Part shown: piece by piece, positions 61,108 to 64,000 of the stretch | Layout of the letters: every line of letters begins with the position of its first letter | Position numbering within the stretch: position 1 is the first letter of the stretch | From: Aulosira sp. ZfuVER01 | GTDB taxonomy: Bacteria > Cyanobacteriota > Cyanobacteriia > Cyanobacteriales > Nostocaceae | NCBI GenBank assembly: GCA_034530615.2 | Contig: JAVRCV020000052.1 | Coordinates: 224,001-288,000 of the forward strand | Reading direction: 5' to 3' | Length of the DNA stretch: 64,000 bases | Notes under the pieces: model-generated | Databases searched by the model: none | What the model was told of the DNA's origin: nothing | Seen by the model: only the letters and a program-made list of their open reading frames with translations | Translations under genes and position numbers: made by a program

Positions 61108-61938
61108 ATGCACTGGTTACTATCTGGGCCGTTGAGTACAGAGGAATTGACGGTTAAGATTGCAGACTTACCTGCATCCTTACAAGGTAAAAAACTGGTG
61201 CAGATGTCGGATTTTCATTATGATGGTTTGCGGCTGTCGGACGCAATGCTAGAAAAGGCGATCGCAGTTAGCAATCAAGCTGAACCCGATTTAGTTGTAT
61301 TGACTGGTGACTATGTAACTACCAGCCCAAAACCAATTCACAACCTAGCTTTACGACTTAAGAATCTCCAAAGTCGCGCTGGTATTTATGCTGTATTGGG
61401 CAACCATGATATATGTTACAAACACTCAAAAGCAGAAATTACAGATGCTCTAAATCAGGTTGGTGTTCGCGTTCTGTGGAATGAAATCGCCTACCCATTA
61501 GGGAAAGAATTACCCTTAGTTGGATTAGCGGATCGATACTCTAGGGAATTTAACCCTGTACCAGTCATGAACCAGCTAGACGCCGCTACTCCTCGGATTG
61601 TTTTATCTCATAATCCTGATACTGCGGAAATATTACAAGCTTGGCGGGTGGATTTACAATTATCTGGTCATACTCATGGTGGACAAATTGTGATTCCAGG
61701 ATTGGGGACTGGAGTACTCTATTATCGAAAAATTGTCCGAAAAATTCCTTTAAAAGTGCGTCGGCGCATTCCATATTTGAAAAACGATTACTCTTTCATC
61801 CGCCATTGGGAATGGGCACAAGGTTTACATCAGATAGGAAAAAATCAATTATACGTCAATCGTGGTTTAGGAACTTATCTCCCCGGACGTTTGTTTTGTC
61901 CTCCAGAAGTTACTGTTATTACGTTACAAGGTAAGTGA
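61108..61938 (+). CDS. Metallophosphoesterase (YkuE/YaeI-like), copy 1
   Basis: SDFH, TGDYV, LGNHD, LSHNPD, SGHTHGGQ, VNRGLG. Confidence 0.92.
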   Translation: MHWLLSGPLSTEELTVKIADLPASLQGKKLVQMSDFHYDGLRLSDAMLEKAIAVSNQAEPDLVVLTGDYVTTSPKPIHNLALRLKNLQSRAGIYAVLGNHDICYKHSKAEITDALNQVGVRVLWNEIAYPLGKELPLVGLADRYSREFNPVPVMNQLDAATPRIVLSHNPDTAEILQAWRVDLQLSGHTHGGQIVIPGLGTGVLYYRKIVRKIPLKVRRRIPYLKNDYSFIRHWEWAQGLHQIGKNQLYVNRGLGTYLPGRLFCPPEVTVITLQGK

Positions 61939-62079
61939 TTTAGCAGTAAAATTTCAAATGAATTACTAATTAAATTGATACCAACCTAATTATACTGCTG
62001 CAATTTACAGCAATTAATTAAGATAGATTTTATTTTTTGGTAAGCTGTAAGCGCTGCTATCAGGAGTATCTGTTGCGCT

Positions 62080-62910
62080 ATGCATTGGTTATTTACAGGA
62101 CATTTAAGAGTAGATAAAATAACGGTTAAGATTACAGATTTACCTGTGTCTTTAGAAGGTACAACGTTAGTGCAATTGTCAGATTTTCATTACGATGGGA
62201 TGCGACTCTCGGAAGAAATGTTAGAAGAAGCGATCGCACTGAGTAATGAAGCAGAACCTGATTTAGTTGTCTTAACTGGTGACTATGTTACCGACGATCC
62301 CGCCCCAATTCACAAATTGACACAAAGACTTAAACATTTAGAAAGTCGTTATGGTATTTACGCCATACTTGGTAATCACGACATCCATTACAGCCACTCC
62401 AAAGCAGAAGTTACAGATGCTTTTACTAGCATTGGAATTCATGTTTTGTGGAATGAAATCGCCTATCCACTAGGAAAAGAATTACCATTAGTAGGATTAG
62501 CTGATTATTGGTCACGAGAATTCAAACCTGCACCAGTAATAAGTCAACTAGACTCCGCCACACCCCGCATCGTTTTATCTCACAATCCAGATACTGCCCA
62601 GATATTGCAACAATGGCGAGTAGATTTACAGCTATCTGGTCATACTCACGGAGGTCACATTGTATTACCAGGTATTGGCCCTGTGGTGTTTCATTATAAA
62701 AAGCTTTTGAAAAAATTACCCAAAAAATTGCGGCGTTGGGTTCCGTTTTTACTAGGAGACTTCTCGAAAGTAGTCCGATATTGGGAGTGGGCGCAAGGCT
62801 TTCACAAAGTAGGAAATAATCAGTTATATGTCAATCGTGGCTTAGGAACTTATCGACCAGGACGCTTATTTTGTCCACCAGAAGTCACTGTAATTACTTT
62901 AATTAGTTAA
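62080..62910 (+). CDS. Metallophosphoesterase (YkuE/YaeI-like), copy 2
   Basis: Same motifs and same length (276 aa) as copy 1. Confidence 0.92.
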   Translation: MHWLFTGHLRVDKITVKITDLPVSLEGTTLVQLSDFHYDGMRLSEEMLEEAIALSNEAEPDLVVLTGDYVTDDPAPIHKLTQRLKHLESRYGIYAILGNHDIHYSHSKAEVTDAFTSIGIHVLWNEIAYPLGKELPLVGLADYWSREFKPAPVISQLDSATPRIVLSHNPDTAQILQQWRVDLQLSGHTHGGHIVLPGIGPVVFHYKKLLKKLPKKLRRWVPFLLGDFSKVVRYWEWAQGFHKVGNNQLYVNRGLGTYRPGRLFCPPEVTVITLIS

Positions 62911-62915
62911 TAGTC

Positions 62916-63020
62916 CTGTGTCATTGGTCATTTGTTATTTGTCTTCCTTGTCTCCCTTGTCCTCCTTGTCCTTCTTATCCCCACGTCCCCAGTCAATGCT
63001 CTTGACTATTGACTATTGAC
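62916..63020. repeat. Short tandem repeats (gtcattg/tttgtc heptamers, ccttgtcct nonamers, ttgacta heptamers)
   Basis: Visible tandem units downstream of the second phosphoesterase gene. Confidence 0.75.
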
Positions 63021-63032
63021 TTACATACTTGA

Positions 63033-63079
63033 AACCGCCTCAAGCTACGATGGGAGAATATCGGCAGCTTAGGGCGGTT
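63033..63079. other. GC-rich long hairpin (terminator or ncRNA element)
   Basis: aaccgcc-tc-aagct...agctt-ag-ggcggtt with inner cgat/atcg. Confidence 0.5.
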
Positions 63080-63572
63080 CTTGGAATATGCAATCGTTCG
63101 AGAAAATTTGGAAATTCAGAAGGAATATAGCTAAACTAAGGTGGACTACGAACAATCTTCGCAACTCTATCTCTCCAGAATTACTTGTGCATCCTTTTTC
63201 CAACTAGGCAGGTATTTCTGGCTGTGCGTTCAATCACCTCCAAAACAATTATCGATGAGTTTAAGGCGAAAACACTTTCAACGGATGCGACAACTGAGTA
63301 GTGATTGCGAGGATATTAGAGCAGGAGGCACAGGCTCTAATCTCAAGGTTTTAGTTAACTTTTAACCTTTTTGTACCTTGCTCTTAATGTAGCACCTTCT
63401 TTTTTATGCATCACTATATATTTACCAAACTTGATCGGTATTAATTTATCGCAATAATTTGGCAATCTTTCTTAAGAAAGTAATAGTTATAGATTAAAAG
63501 TAAAGGGTGAGGAAACCCCACCCTAACAAATGCATCTGTCGCTTTCTTTTGGAAAATTGGTATTAGATGACG

Positions 63573-64000
63573 TTACTGAGATGAACCCCCAGTTGTACTG
63601 TCTCCGGAGGAAGAAGCACCGCTGTTAGAATTGGTATTTGACTTGTCTGCTCCTGAAAGAGGAGTATTTGTCAAACTATCACTCTTCTTATCTTGAGCAG
63701 GAGTGTTAGTAGTTGGATTTTGGGGGCTGGAAGTTGGGGCTTTTTCAGCAGCAGGTCGCTGAGATGGAACAGTAATATTAATATTAGGTTGTGCAGGTGC
63801 AGGTGCAGATGATGCTGGAGCCTGCTGTTGTGGAATCACCACAGGTACTTCTCTAGTTCTTTCAATGATTGTGGTTCGGGACTGGGGAGATTGACTAGCC
63901 GCCGGAGAAGGACTAGCACTATTGGGTACAGGTACAGGAACAACTACTGGTGCAGTATTGTCCACAGCGGGGTTGTTGCGCTGGTTAAAGTACCATAATG
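63573..64000 (-). CDS. Pro/Ser/Thr-rich hypothetical protein (5' end outside the window)
   Basis: The frame stays open to the window edge (...LWYFNQRNNPAVDNTAPVVVPVP...TTIIERTREVPVVIP). Confidence 0.75.
   Translation of the reverse strand, partial: LWYFNQRNNPAVDNTAPVVVPVPVPNSASPSPAASQSPQSRTTIIERTREVPVVIPQQQAPASSAPAPAQPNINITVPSQRPAAEKAPTSSPQNPTTNTPAQDKKSDSLTNTPLSGADKSNTNSNSGASSSGDSTTGGSSQ

Noticed and set aside
63141..63365. 74-aa plus-strand ORF
   Set aside because: GTG start and no recognisable motif; not supportable without conservation data.
1..64000. tRNA, rRNA, CRISPR arrays, transposases or prophage genes
   Set aside because: None recognised by eye; tRNAscan-SE, Rfam and CRISPR finders would be needed to exclude them formally.

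Overview
Chromosomal window from a filamentous cyanobacterium, probably Nostocales (abundant HIP1 GCGATCGC sites, heptamer STRR repeats, split rpoC1/rpoC2, crtD, curT). The housekeeping backbone is hemH (partial), crtD, hslO, a USP, hisD and rpsT-tatD-rpoB-rpoC1-rpoC2. Two accessory systems stand out. (1) A RiPP cluster at about 10.6-19.1 kb. It includes a 59-aa double-glycine precursor missing from the ORF track (12699-12878), with the predicted core GGSCYGGSKSKSKKSKSKKSKSKSKKYC. It also has an APH-type kinase, a HopA1-like protein, a C39-peptidase ABC exporter and two paralogous HlyD adaptors flanking the cluster. A candidate NtcA-activated promoter lies upstream, and no LanC or LanD gene is in the window. 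(2) A cellulose synthase-type cluster at about 33.3-48.3 kb (GH5-CBM2, porin plus TPR in place of bcsC, bcsZ, bcsB, bcsA). The hisD ORF is intact but has substitutions at three zinc-ligand/catalytic positions. Intergenic regions hold MITE-like elements, nested hairpin repeats and a perfect 40-bp palindrome. No rRNA, tRNA, CRISPR array or transposase was seen. All calls come from reading motifs by eye; no database searches were run.
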